Positions 34,500 to 46,731 of a stretch of DNA of 64,000 nucleotides are shown here, in pieces. Numbering within the stretch: position 1 is the stretch's first letter; every line of letters starts with the position of its first letter. Origin of the DNA: Squalus acanthias (lineage: Eukaryota); contig CM059432.1 of NCBI GenBank assembly GCA_030390025.1, positions 33,668,001 through 33,732,000 on the forward strand. Reading direction: 5' to 3'. Below the pieces are notes generated by a model. That model ran no database searches and was not told the origin of the DNA. It saw only the letters and a program-made list of their open reading frames with translations. Both the position numbers and the translations under genes were made by a program.

Positions 34500-36534
34500 G
34501 TGGCGCCATCTTCACTGATTCCTGTAGGTCACACACTCCTCTACAATGACTTCCAGTATCTGCTGCAGCCAGAATGTACCGCCCCTTTAAGCGGTGTAGG
34601 CTGGCTTTGCGAAATGCAGGCTAACTTTCATTGGTGCTAGCCTCGCACGAACTTGGGCCCCCTGCTGAGGTACGTAGCCACTCAATAGTACATTGAGCGC
34701 TGGGCTGCGCACTGCTGTCATTTAAATTAGCAGGCAACACTGAGTTTGTGTGTTGCCTGCATGGGAAGGAACAGGCACGGGGTAGATGCACATCGCGATG
34801 CCTGCGCACGTATTTGGGCCTTATCCAGTTTCTAGGCTAATCTGTTTCAGTGATGTTGGTTGAGAGGTAAATATTGGGCAGGACTCCCTTGCTCTTCTTT
34901 GAAATAGTGACATGGGATCTTTTACGCCTATCTGAGAGAGCAGACCGGGCCTCAGTTTAACGTCTCATCTGAAAGACGGCACCTCTAACAGTGAGGTGCT
35001 CCCTCAGTACTGCCCTGGAGTGCCAGCCTAGATTTTGTGCTCAAATCTCTGGAGTAGGACTTGAACCCACAACAATCAGCGGCGACAGTGCTGCTGAGCC
35101 ACTGCGGACACAGCCGTGGAAGTAGAGCTGGGGAGTTCTCCCTGGTGCTCTGGCCAATATTTATCCCACAACCAGCATCTGGTCATTTATTTCATTGCTG
35201 TTTGTTGGATCTTGCTGTGCGTAAATTAGTTTCCGCAGTTCCCTACGTTACAGCAGTGACTAAAGTACTTTATTGACTGCAAAGCGCTTTGGGACATCCT
35301 AAGGTCATGAAATGCGCTGTATAAATGCAAGCTCTTTCTTTCCTTTCAGAGTAAGATGTAGAAAAGGGTTAACAATTTCTTCCAGGTGTTCTGTTGGACT
35401 GGATTCAAAACTCAGAGACTACCCACGGGCCGATCTAATTAAATACCATTTAAATTAATGGGGAATATTCACAGTTGTCCATGCTTATTATATGGTGAAG
35501 ATATGTCATCAATTGGGATGAGGTATTAAAGTTCAGGTTAGTGAGAGACAGGGAACATAATATAAAAGGCCGCAACTGTATGTTCTTTCAGGAATGCAGG
35601 TTATCCAAAGGCACCCTTGTGGAAGATGACCTTTTGTGAACAATAGGAGGTGTAACTGAAGTATTTTGACTCCTCCACTGCTCTCCTGAGCTTCCCAGGT
35701 GTGCATCTGCGCGCTGGATAATGAACGGTTGGGCGGGAGTTACAAGACAGCAATTTAACTGAAGTACTCTAATGGCAACATAAACTTTGACAGATCAGTC
35801 GTCGTGGGGTCTGTCGACCTCAACCGAGCTGTGAGATTGAATTACCCTTTTCCTGCACATTTGTTAAATTAAGAAGGCCGATTTGTTAAGCATCTTATCA
35901 CATCTCACATACGATGAAGGACCTTCGCTGGCAACTTTCCCCCGCTTTCTCTCGTTCCGCCACTGTAACTTCGGCTGTAACCCTGGAGACGTGTGTAAAC
36001 TCCCACCCCCACCAAAATGATGATGGCAGGGCAGGAGGAGCCTCAAGAAGTTGTTGGCGCTCGACGTGCAGTCACTTTTGTTATGTAAGCAAACGCTGCA
36101 ACCATTTTGCACACAGCAAGATCCCACTGACTGCAGTTTGATGAATGACCAGTTAATCTGTCTTTAGTGCTGTTGATTGAAGGGAAAATGTTGGCCAGGA
36201 CATCGAGAGAACTCTGTTATCTAGAGGGTAGATTTTTCATGGAGTGAGAGGGCGGCAATTCAGGTGGGGACTCCCTTGCCCCTCTCAGTAGTGGCTCAGT
36301 GGTAACACTCTCACCTGTGAGTCAGACAGCGATGCCCACATCCCGAGAACATGGAATGTTCCTTGTGTTTCAAATTTCTCCTCTGAAAGATGACAACCAT
36401 CTCATAATCTTCCTCAGCTGGGAGGTCATCATGGTGCAGTCTGCAATCATCTCTAAAGATGTAAATCCATAGTTGACCTCGTGGAAACGGTCTGCCCTAG
36501 TAGGAAAGTCAACTGGAACACTGTCATTGTGCTA

Positions 36535-37581
36535 TGAGTGTGAAGGAGTATTCTAGTGAGGGAGTGTGAGAAAGTGTGTCAGTGAAGGAGTGTGCTAGTG
36601 AGGCAGTGTGAAAGAGTATTCTAGGGCGGGAGTGTGAGGAAATATGTTAGTGAGGGAGTGTGTCAGTGAGGGAGTGTGAAAGAGTATTCTAGTGAGGGAG
36701 TATAAAGTAAGTGTGAGGGAGTGTATTGGAATGTGAAGGAGTGTGAGATTCTAAGGGACTCTGAGGAAGTGTAACAAGAATGTGCGAAAGTGAGTAGTGT
36801 AAGTAGGTCTGTGGAAGTATGATAAAGTGATAGGAGTGTGAGACGTGCTGAGAGTGAGTGAGTATGAGAGAATGAGAGGAGTGAGAAGAGGTCTATGGTA
36901 GTGTGGAGTGTGAGGGATTGTGAGTGAGTATGAGGGAGTGTGACGAGAATGATGGAGTGTGAAGGTGTGTGAGGGAGTGTGACAGAGTGAGGAGAGTGAT
37001 GGAGTGTGAAGGTGTGTGAGGGAATGTGACTGAGAGTGATGGAGTGTGAAGGTGTGTGAGGGAGTGTGACTGAGAGTGAGGAGAGTGAGGAGAGTGAAGG
37101 TGTTTGAGGGAATGTGACTGAGAGTGAGGAGAGTGATGGAGTGTGAAGGTGTTTGAGGGAGTGTGACTGAGAGTGAGGAGAGTGATGGAGTGTGAAGGTG
37201 TTTGAGGGAGTGGGACTGAGAGTGAGGAGAGTGATGGAGTGTGAAGTGTTTGAGGGAGTGTGACTGAGAGTGAGGAGAGTGATGGAGTGTGAAGGTGTTT
37301 GAGGGAGTGTGACTGAGAGTGAGGAGAGTGATGGAGTGTGAAGGTGTTTGAGGGAGTGTGACTGAGAGTGAGGAGAGTGATGGAGTGTGAAGGTGTTTGA
37401 GGGAGTGGGACTGAGAGTGAGGAGAGTGATGGAGTGTGAAGGTGTGTGAGGGAGTGTGACTGAGAGTGAGGAGAGTGATGGAGTGTGAGGGAGTGTGACT
37501 GAGAGTGAGGAGAGTGATGGAGTGTGAAGGTGTGTGAGGGAATGTGACTGAGAGTGAGGAGAGTGATGGAGTGTGAAGGAA
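36535..37581. repeat. GA/GT-rich minisatellite with 49-bp unit (regular ~36945-37581, degenerate upstream)
   Basis: GTGTGAAGGTGTTTGAGGGAGTGTGACTGAGAGTGAGGAGAGTGATGGA recurs at a 49-nt period. Confidence 0.9.
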
Positions 37582-38104
37582 GCGTGACAGATATTCTTCT
37601 TGAAGATACACATACAAGTCCTTTCTGTCCATAATTGACCTTGTTTGAGTGCTGCGCCACTGGAGACATTCAGTATAATGCCAAATAAATATTTAAATAT
37701 TGTATTTTACACACTTTCCATTTTCCATCTCAAGTGACTTAAAGCTTTGGAGTCGGTCCATAATGTAAGCAGCATTTTGTAAATGATAGTTTAAACACTT
37801 GTTCTGGGTTTGTTTGTGGAGCTCACTGTTAGTGTTGATCCCCCACCTCCTGCCTGCCACCCGGCCGGTTAAATTAACAAGGCACCATTATTTTTAAGGC
37901 AAATATTTAGACACCTCATTTATCAGAGAGAGGCTCGAGGTGTGCGTTGGTCCTACTGGCATCTTGACTGATGACATCTTTAAATGTCATCAGGCAAAAC
38001 ATAAGCGTCAATGCAAAAAAATATGGTTTGCGTGACTTTTAAATGTTTTATTAATTAAGATGCTTCGTTGCTTGAAAATTAAAGCTAGGAGGATATTCTG
38101 TAAT

Positions 38105-38799
38105 ATAACCAGAAAATGCTGGAAATACTCAGCAGGTCAAGCAGCATCTGTGGAGAGAGAGAAGCAGAGTTAACTTTTCAGGTCGATGACCTTTCCTCAG
38201 AATTAGAAAACGTTAGAGAAGCAGCAGGTTTTAAGCAAGTACAGAGGTAGGGAAAGGAGGGGAGGCGAGGATAGAACAAAAGAGTAGGTCTGTGATAGGG
38301 TGGATGGCAGGAGTGATTAAATAGAAACATAGAAAAAAATAGGAGCAGGAGTAGGCCATTCGGCCCTTCAATATGATCATGGCTGATCCTCTATCTCAAT
38401 ACCATATTCCTGTTCTTTCTCATACCCCTTGATGCCTTTTGTGTCTAGAAATCTATCTCCTTCTTAAATATATTCAGTGACTTGGCCTCCACAGCCTTCT
38501 GTGGTAGAGAATTCCACAGGTTCACCACCCTCTGAGTGAAGAAATTTCTCCTCATCTCAGTCCTAAATGTCCTACCCCGTATCCTGAGTAGGACATTTAG
38601 GACAAATGGCAAAAGGGATGGTGGTGCAAGGTGAAAGAGGGTGTTAATGGGACAAGTAAAGAAACAAAAGATGCGTCTAGAGGAGCTGTAAATGGCAACA
38701 ACAGAATCATTACTAGCCTCTGCTGTCCGAAAAAATGGGAGCAGTGGTTATGATCTGAAATTGTTGAACTCAGTGTTGAGTCCGGAAGGTTGTAAAGTG
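38105..38799 (-). mobile_element. Penelope-like element 3' end with hammerhead-like motif, interrupted by a minus-strand CR1 3' fragment (~38321-38588)
   Basis: Minus strand encodes TLQPSGLNTEFNNFRS* (GIY-YIG ORF C-terminus style), and CTGAGGA-A-AGGTC-ATC-GACCT-GAAA is at 38176-38200. Confidence 0.75.
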
Positions 38800-39224
38800 T
38801 ATTCTGTATCTGTTTCTGGTTGATAGTTTTATGATTAAAAATATTTTGATTGGAGGTTGGGACAATCTCACCTTTTTTTTTGGTCAACGGGCCAAAATTC
38901 CAACCCCATTTTTAAGAGTCTCCATACCAAGCTACTGAGAAATCCGTACAGGTAGCGTACCTGTTTACCCGATTATGGAGTGCACATTACCTCCCTGTAC
39001 AGACAAAGGAGTTGAATATTTGTTATGGGCCTTTTTCTGGGCGCATACCCGTGGCACGTCACCAGCATGCGAACTGAGAACCCTGAGTCTGATCCAAAAT
39101 TAAGCCTTGGGGCTCACTTGGGCGAGCAGTCGGTGCCTGTCGGCCTGCGTAAGGTCGAAATTTGGAACTTAAAAATAACTCACCATTTGTTGCTGGCTGC
39201 TGCTTAGGAAATCGGGACAAAATC

Positions 39225-39430
39225 TGGAAATCTCTCCCCCCAAAAGGTTGTGGATGCTGAGGTAATTGAAATTTTCAGGACTGAGATCGATAGATTTTTG
39301 TTAGGTAAGGGTACCAAGGGATATGGAGCTAAGGCGGGTAAATGGGGTTGAGGTACAGATTAGCCATGATTTAATTGAAAGCAGAACAGACTCGATGGAC
39401 TGAATGGCCTACCACTGTTCTTATGTTCCA
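39225..39430 (+). mobile_element. CR1 LINE 3' fragment
   Basis: W.SLPQKVV..EIDRFLLGKG.KGYG coding remnant, then TTAGCCATGAT..GAATGGCCTAC..TTCTTATGTTC tail. Confidence 0.8.
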
Positions 39431-39626
39431 ATGCTCCACTCATCCAATTTCCCAGAAGGGGCTTAAAACAGGCATAAGAACATAAGCACAGTACTCTAGG
39501 TCTGGTCTCACCAAAGCACGGTACAAATGTAGCAAGACTAACCTGAACTTTATCTACTCTGCTAGTTACTTCCTCAAAACACGATATCCCTTTCATAAAA
39601 CCATGTTGACTCTGCCTAATCATATT

Positions 39627-40391
39627 GAGGCAGAAATTAGGCTCGCCACAGGTGAGTACGCGCTGTGTACTCACCCGTGGACGGAACAAAAGTGCCGGAT
39701 TCTTGCATTCACTGTGCATGCGTGGGAAACCGGCACTTCTGTTCCCCTGAAGGAAGTAGTTCAGAGGTCGAATGCGCACGCCGGAGGGCCAGCGCGTTCG
39801 CCTCGCACTTCGGGGTTTTTTACAGGTTCCTCCGTGAGGGTAAACACGGAGAAGATACACATTGAAAAAGGAGGCGTAAGGCTTTCTTTTAACAAGGTAA
39901 GTGTTGATTTATTAAAATTTTAACATTTTTTTCACAGATTTATCTTTTTTAATTACTTTAAAGAAAGGTAAGTTTAGTTTTAATCCTGTTAAAAAGTGTA
40001 ATTAATTTTTTCAAAAATTTAAATTTTTATTTAAAATAGTTAATTAATGTAATTTATAGTTATTTTAAAAATGTGATGTTTTAAAAAAAAATTATTTGTA
40101 GTTTTAGGGATGTTTTGGGGCCGATCTGTATTCATAGATTTGACAGGTCTTCCAGTCAAATCTATGAATGAAAGATGGTCTGCTGCCATTGGCTCTCCAT
40201 GGCCCACGTGATCCCAGGGGACGCATCGCACTAACTGCGCCCCTGGGATACGCAAGCACTGCGCACCGGCAGTTGGAGCAGGCCCAGGAGCCGAATTCCC
40301 CGCGGGCCCAGAGGTCAACGGCAGGCGCGGTAGGTAGGTGCGCGCACGATCCTTGCACCCGCAGGAAGCCAGGGAGCCGAATTTCTCGCCC
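39627..40391. mobile_element. Harbinger-type MITE with AT-rich core
   Basis: TIRs GAGGCAGAAATT / AATTTCTCGCCC with ATT TSD (39624-39626, 40392-40394). It splits a CR1 sequence cleanly. Confidence 0.85.
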
Positions 40392-40654
40392 ATTATGATT
40401 TTCTAAGTGACCTGTTACCACTTCATGGATTCCAGCATTTCCCCAATAACTGATGTCAGGCTAACTTTCATGAATAGCGGGGTTACATTTGCTACCTTCA
40501 AATCTGCTGGGACCATTCTAGAATCTAGGGAATTTTGAAAGATCACAACCAATGCATCCACTATCTCTGCAGCCACTTCTTTTAGAACCCTGGGATGTAG
40601 GCCATCAGGTCCAGGGAATTTGTCGGCTTTTAGTCCCATTAGTTTCTCAAGTAC

Positions 40655-43600
40655 GGAATAATGGAAACATAGCTTAAAAACGGTGAGGACTGGGCACTTA
40701 ATATTCAAGGGTACAAGGTGTTCAGAAAACATAGGGAAGGAAAAAAGGGAGGTGGGGTGGCAATGCTGATTAAGGAAGACATTGTAGTGTTGGAAAGGGA
40801 GGATGTTCTTGAGGGGACAAGGACAGAATCTATTTGGTTAGAGTTGAGGAGCAAAAAGGGTATGATCATGCTATTAGGGGTATTCTATAGGCCTCCAAAT
40901 AGTGAGAGGGAGGTAGAGGAGCAAATCTGCAGGGAAATCACAGAGATGTGCAAGAGCAATAGAGTGGTGATATTGGGGGACTTTAATTACCCAATTGGGA
41001 TAATGCTGGGGTAAAGGGAAAGGAGGGGGAGGAATTTCTGAAATGTGTTCAGGAGAATTTCCTTGACCAATATGTTCTTGGCCCAACTAGGAAGGAGGCA
41101 TTGCTGGATCTGGTGCTGGGGAATGAGGTGGGCCAGGTCGACCAAGTGTCTGTGGGAGAACACTTGGGTACGAGTGATCATCGTATCATAAGATTTAGAT
41201 TAGCAATGGAGAGGAGCAAGGAACAATCTAGAGTGGAACTTCTAAACTAGAATAGGACTAACTTCAATGGGATGCGAAAGGATCTGAAAAGGGTAAAATG
41301 GAACCAAAGACTGACAGGAAAAACTGTAACGGAACAATGGGTGATCTTTAAGGAGGAGATGTTCCATGTGCAGGCTAGGTACATTCCAACAAGAGGGAAG
41401 GGTAAGGGAACCAAAGCAAGGGCTCCTTGGATGACGAGGGAGTTAGAGAAGATGATGAAACAAAAAAAGAGGGTGTATGATGCATGTCAGGTGAATTCTT
41501 CGAGGGAGAACCAGACCAAATACAATAAGTTGAGAGGGGATGTGAAGATGAAAATAAGATTGGCAAAGAGAGAATATGAGAGTAGAATGGCAGTTAACAT
41601 AAAAGGGAACCCAAAAATCTTCTACCGGCATGTAAACAGTAAGCGGGTAGTAAGAGGTGGGGTGGGGCCTATTAGAGACAAAGAAGGTGATATATGCTTA
41701 GAGGCGAGGGCAAAGCTAGAATACTCAATGAGTACTTTGTATCGGAGTTTACTAAGAAGGCGGATGCTGACAAAATATCAGTAGAAGTGGAAAAAGTAGA
41801 AGCAATGGAAGGGGTGAAAATTGATAGACAGGATGTACTAGAAAGGCTGAGTATGCTTAGAGTGGACAAGTCGCCTGGTCCTGATGGCTTGCATCCCAGG
41901 TTGCTAAGGGAATTGGGGAAAGAGAAAGCGGAAGGGCTTGCCATAATTTTCCAATCTTCCCTAGATGCGGGGGAAGTGCCTGAGGATTGGAAAGTGGCAA
42001 ATGTGACACCATAGTTCAAGAAAGGGTGTAAGAACAATCCTAGTAACTACAGGCCGGTCAGTTTAACGTCAGTGGTGGGGAAAGTTTTAGAAACAATAAT
42101 GGAGGAAAAAATTAACGGGCATTTGGAAAGGTTTAAGCTAATTAAGGAGAGCCAACACGGGTTTGTAAAAGGAAGATCGTGTTTGACTAATCTAATAGAG
42201 GATTGATGAAGGGAGTGCAATGGATGTTGTCTACATGGATTTTCGGAAGGCATTTGACAAAGTACCACATAGAAGGCTGGTTAACAAAATTGAGGCTCAT
42301 GGAATAGGTGGGTCAGTGGCAGCTTGGATAAGGAATTGGCTTAAGGACAGAAAACAGCGATTTGTGGTAAATGCCTGTTTTTCAGTCTGGAGGATGGTAG
42401 ATAGTGGTGTTCCCCAAGGGTCAGTGCTGGGGCCACTGCTTTTTTTGATATATATAAATGACCTGGATATTGGAATACAGAGTAGAATTTCTAAATTTGC
42501 CAATGACACCAAACTTGGGGGTGTGGCAAACAGTGATGATGATATCAATCGACTGCAACAGGACATAGAAAGGCGAGCAGAATGGGCAGACAAGTGGCAG
42601 GTGGAATTTAATACAGAGAAGTGTGAGCTGATACATTTTGGCAGAAGGAACAGGGAGAGGCAATATACACTTAATGGCACAGTTTTAAAGAGTGTGCAGG
42701 GACAGAGAGACCTGGGAATTAATGTGCATATGTCCCTGAAGGTGGCAGGACATATTGAGAGAGTGGTTAACAAAGCATATGGGATCTTGGGCTTCATAAT
42801 TAGAGGTACTGAGTACAAAAGTAGAGAAGTTATGCTGAACCTTTTTAAAGCACTGGTTAGGCCACAACTGGAGTATTGCATCCAGTTCTGGTCACCACAC
42901 TTTAGGAAAGTTGTGAAGGCCCTTGAGAGGGTGCAAAGGAGATTTACCAGAATGGTTCTGGCGATTGGAGATCTTAGCTACAAAGAAAGGTTGGAGAAGC
43001 TGGATTTGTTTTCATCAGTGCAAAGGAGGTCGAGGGGTGATTTGATAGAGGTGTACAAGATTATAACAGGTTTGGATAGGCTAGATGGGGAAAGGCTGTT
43101 CCCACTAGTTGATAGTACAAGGACTAGGGGACACAGATTTAAGGTTTTGGGCATGAGATACAGGGGGGATGTGAGGAAATACTTTTTTACACAGCGAGTG
43201 GTGATGACCTGGAATTTGCTGCCGATGGAAGTGGTGGAAGCGGACACACTCAAATTTTTCAAGGGGAGACTGGATAGGCACTTGAGGGAAATAAACTTGC
43301 AGGGCTACGGGGATAGAGTAGGGGAATGGGACTGACTGGATTGCTCTACAGAGAGCCGCTTGGACTCGATAGGCCGAATGGCCTCCTTCTGTGCCGTTAT
43401 GACTCTATGGGGTAAAAATTGAGTCGCGCCCCATTTGGGGCGCTAACCTCGCCGGGGCGCGACTTTTAGCGCCCCGAAAAAATTAGCGGCCCCGCGCCGG
43501 AACTTCAGTGGTTGCGCCCCAAGAGGGAAGCGGGGCGCCACTGGAAGCACCCCGCATCCCTCTTGGGGCGCTGCGAGGGAATATCCTAGCGCTACATGCC

Positions 43601-44195
43601 GCAGCGCCACACGCTGCGGCACGTCGCGCCGCGGTATTGCAGGCCTTCCTCCCCTTCTTAAAGGGGAGGGACCCTGCGCAGCGCGAACCGGGGCCCAGCT
43701 GGGCCCCCCGGAATCGGGAGTGCTGGCAAAAGAGCCCGGCACTCAAGAGAAGTGCCGGGCTCTTGGAGCGCAGCCGGCACTTCACGGTGGGGGGGCTTCA
43801 CGGGGGCCGGGGACAGCAACGGGGGCAGGTGCTGGCAGGTGGCCAGCAACAAAAATGGCCACCTGCCACCTCCCCTTTAAATATCGCCGCCCCGGCCGCA
43901 CGTACGCCTCCCTGAACCCGTCGGACATAGCGTCTGGCGGTAAATCAGGGGGCGCGACTGAAGATCGCGGCTGGAGCGCGAGTGGGGTGCTGCACACGGC
44001 GATGACGTCATCGCCGGCGGCGCAGCGCCACAGGGCGCTACCGGCTGGCGCCGCCGCTAACCTCCCGCTGAATTTTTCGGGAGGCGTGGGCGGCGCTGCG
44101 CCCGGGCGTTAGCTGCTTTACGCCCCATTAGCGCCCTCTTAAGGTGCTAACGGGAGGCGCAAGCAGCTGAATTTTTCCCCCTATGATTCTATGAC
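40655..44195 (+). mobile_element. 5'-truncated CR1 LINE (endonuclease-RT ORF2 with stops and frameshifts, ending at 43335; tail split by a MITE)
   Basis: GGGVAMLIKE, GVFYRPP, GDFNYP, DKSPGPDG, DFRKAFDKVPH, GVPQGSVLGPLLF, FANDTKL, and (TATGAC/TTC)n tail. Confidence 0.93.
43409..44181. mobile_element. Harbinger non-autonomous element (773 bp), sister family of N1/N2, inserted in the CR1 octamer tail
   Basis: TIRs GGGGTAAAAATT / AATTTTTCCCCC with TAT TSD (43406-43408, 44182-44184). Subterminals GTCGCGCCCCATTTGGGGCGC and CCCCATTAGCGCCCTCTTAAGG are shared with A1-A3. Confidence 0.93.
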
Positions 44196-45558
44196 TTTAT
44201 TTTTACTCTACTGATCTTAATTACTTTAAGTTCCTCCCACTCACTAGGCCCTTGGTTCCCCACTAATTTTGGATATTTTTTGTGTCTTCTTCTGTGGAGA
44301 CAGATACAAAATATTTGTTTAAAGTCTCTGTCATTTCCTTATTCCCCATTATAATTTCTCCTGTCTCAGCCTCTAAGGGACCAACGCTTACTTTTGCTAC
44401 TCTCTTCCTTTTTACATACTTGTAGAAGCTCTTACAATCTGTTTTTATATTTCTTGCTAGTTTACTCTAATACAATGCTTAACTTATGCAGTCAGCTATA
44501 GATGGATCACTTTTCCCATGGAGTTTTTATTTCTCAATGGAATGTATATTCGTTGAGAATTTTGGAATATTTCTTTAAATATTTGCCACTGCTTATCTAC
44601 TGTTATACCTTTTAATCTAATTTGCCAATCTACCTTAGCCAATTCACCCCTCATACCTATGTAATTTGCTTTATTTAAGTTGAAGACTCTAGATTCAGAT
44701 TTAAGTATTTCACTCTCAAACTCAATGTGAAATTCTATCATATTATGATCACTCTTCCCCGTGTCTCATTGCACAATACAAGATCTAAAATAACCTGTTT
44801 CCTGGTTGGTTCCACGATGTATTGTTGTAGGAAACTGTGTTGAATGCATTCCATGAACTCGTCCTCCAGTCTATCTTTGCCAGTTTGATTTGCCCAGTTT
44901 ATATGAAGGTTAAAGTCACTCCACAATTATTTCATTACCTTTGTTACAAGCTCCTATTATTTGTTGATTAATACTCTGTTCAACGGTATAGCTACTGTTA
45001 GGGGGCCAATAAGCTACTCCCACCAGTGTTTTCTGCCCCTTGTTATTTCTTATCTCAACCCATACTGATTATACTTCCTGATCTTCCGAGCCAAGATCCT
45101 TTCTCACTACTGTCCTATGTCATCCTTTCTCATCAGGGCAACCCTCCCTCCTACTTTCCATTCTGCCTGTCTTTTCAAAACGTCCTCCAGACTACCTTTG
45201 CCAATTTGATTTGCCCAGTTTATATGAAGATTAAAGTCTCTCACAATTATTGGATCCTATTATTTGTTGATTAGTACTTTGTCCAACGGTATAAGCACCT
45301 TGTTTACATATGGCCGCCACAAACATCTGAAAAATGGCCAAACCCCAACATCATGTGTACTTTGGGCACAGTAAGTTGGTCCCCCTAATTGGCTGTCCTT
45401 GCACCCATTTTGTGCCCCTAAAATGCAACGAGGTCCAATTTCTACCCCATAATCTACTTAGCTAAGCCAAGAGAACTAAGGAGCAGCACAGCAAGTGGGA
45501 TGAGTGGGCTGCAGCAAGGCCGGGGGGAAGGGAAGCTCGGGGGCCAGCTCCCCGGAGG

Positions 45559-46377
45559 GTGAATACACATGTGAGTTCTGCTGCACAGGACTCAGATGAG
45601 GATCTCGATGGGGAGGCATTTAGAAGAAGGGTGATAGGCATGCACACGGAGATGACAGGTGCAATGGCAAGGGTGCCCGAGAGCCTCTTTGCAATGATAA
45701 GGAGCATGGAGGAGTCCGCCTCCAACATTGCACAAGGCTCTGCGCACACCATGGAGCCCATCATTTCCAGTCTGCAAAGGATGGTAGACTCCCAGAGAGA
45801 CCGTGGCAAACCAGATCTGATGCCGCGTGTGATGGGCGATCTGGCAGCTTCCATTGCAGCACAGGCGGAAGCAACGCAATGTCTTAGTGCTGTAATGCAG
45901 TCCTTGCTTGGTGGCATCCAATCTCAGACTGCTCTCATGCAGTCTCAGCTTGATGCAACGCAAGTTCTGACTGCTGCCATTGTGGTTGGGTCTCCCACCA
46001 TCGACTGGGGCTTTCACGGTGTCGCAGGAGGCCAGCAATCTGTGCTCCAACAGATTGCTAGGGATGCTGAGGTGCTGCCCCGGGGGAGTGGCAGTGGGTC
46101 AGTGGAGCAGGGACCTGCTGTCCTCTCTCAGGATGACAGCATTTCTGCTCCCACCACTGCCACTCCGCCATTGCCCTTGTCGCTGCCTGTCATCCAGCCA
46201 GTCCAGACTGCTGCCGCCCATGCTGAGATGGTGCAGTCTACAGCCAGGCCTTCCAGGCCCAGAGCTGGTCAAGGGCATCCTGCAAGGCCATCTGAAGTCT
46301 CACGCACGGACACTCAGCAGCTTCCACCAGCCGTGCTGCAGCCACTGGGCCAACACTTCGTAGGAGCACTAGAGTAG
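45559..46377 (+). pseudogene. Last exon of a Harbinger Myb-like gene (third family)
   Basis: GMHTEMTGAMARVPE..QQSVLQQIARDAEVLPRGS..AVLSQDDSI..QTAAAHAEMVQS aligns to A1 exon 3. Confidence 0.85.
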
Positions 46378-46731
46378 GCAAAGGCACAGTAACGACAGGC
46401 ACTAAGGGAGTGCACGAGGGTGAATAGTTAATATTTTTGTTGTAAATATGTGTTCACTGGTTTTTGATAAATTTATTAATTCAGTTTGGATTCTTTTGTG
46501 GTGTATCTCATTTCAGCTTTGTGCTGCGATATGGCCTGCGACAGAGATGGAATGATGGGGATGCGGTGAGCAACAGGGATCTGGGGTTTAATTCATTCGA
46601 ACCACAGTCTGATGAGGCGATCACGGACTGCCATAGAAACATAGAAACATAGAAGATAGGAGCAGGAGTAGGCCATTCGGCCCCTCGAGCCTGCTCCGCC
46701 ATTCGATGAGATCATGGCTGATCATCCAAAC

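Larger units (their letters stand above)
29396..34837 (+). mobile_element. Decayed autonomous Harbinger of a second family, inserted in a DeuSINE-like SINE (SINE halves ~29296-29395 and 34838-35110)
   Basis: Degenerate TIRs GGCCACGAAATT / AGTTTCTAGGC(T). The SINE text GACCAGA-TAA-TCTGTTT is split exactly here. Contains transposase and Myb remnants. Ends uncertain by 1 bp. Confidence 0.85.
39500..45295 (-). mobile_element. Old fragmented minus-strand CR1 ORF2 (pieces ~39500-39626, 40392-40654, 44196-45295), host to later insertions
   Basis: SQHGFMKG, LMGLKADKFPGPDGLHPRVLKE, MIEFHIEFES..NLNKANY..GELAKVDW, DFNLHINW. Confidence 0.8.

Noticed and set aside
35913..35982. Possible minus-strand host exon with AG/GT boundaries
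   Set aside because: No recognisable protein and no partner exons; splice-like dinucleotides alone are insufficient.
36663..37669. His/Ser/Thr-rich ORFs
   Set aside because: Translations of the 49-bp minisatellite.
38889..39225. Possible additional Harbinger MITE remnants (also ~60670-60902)
   Set aside because: Only one TIR-like end is visible and no TSD could be defined.
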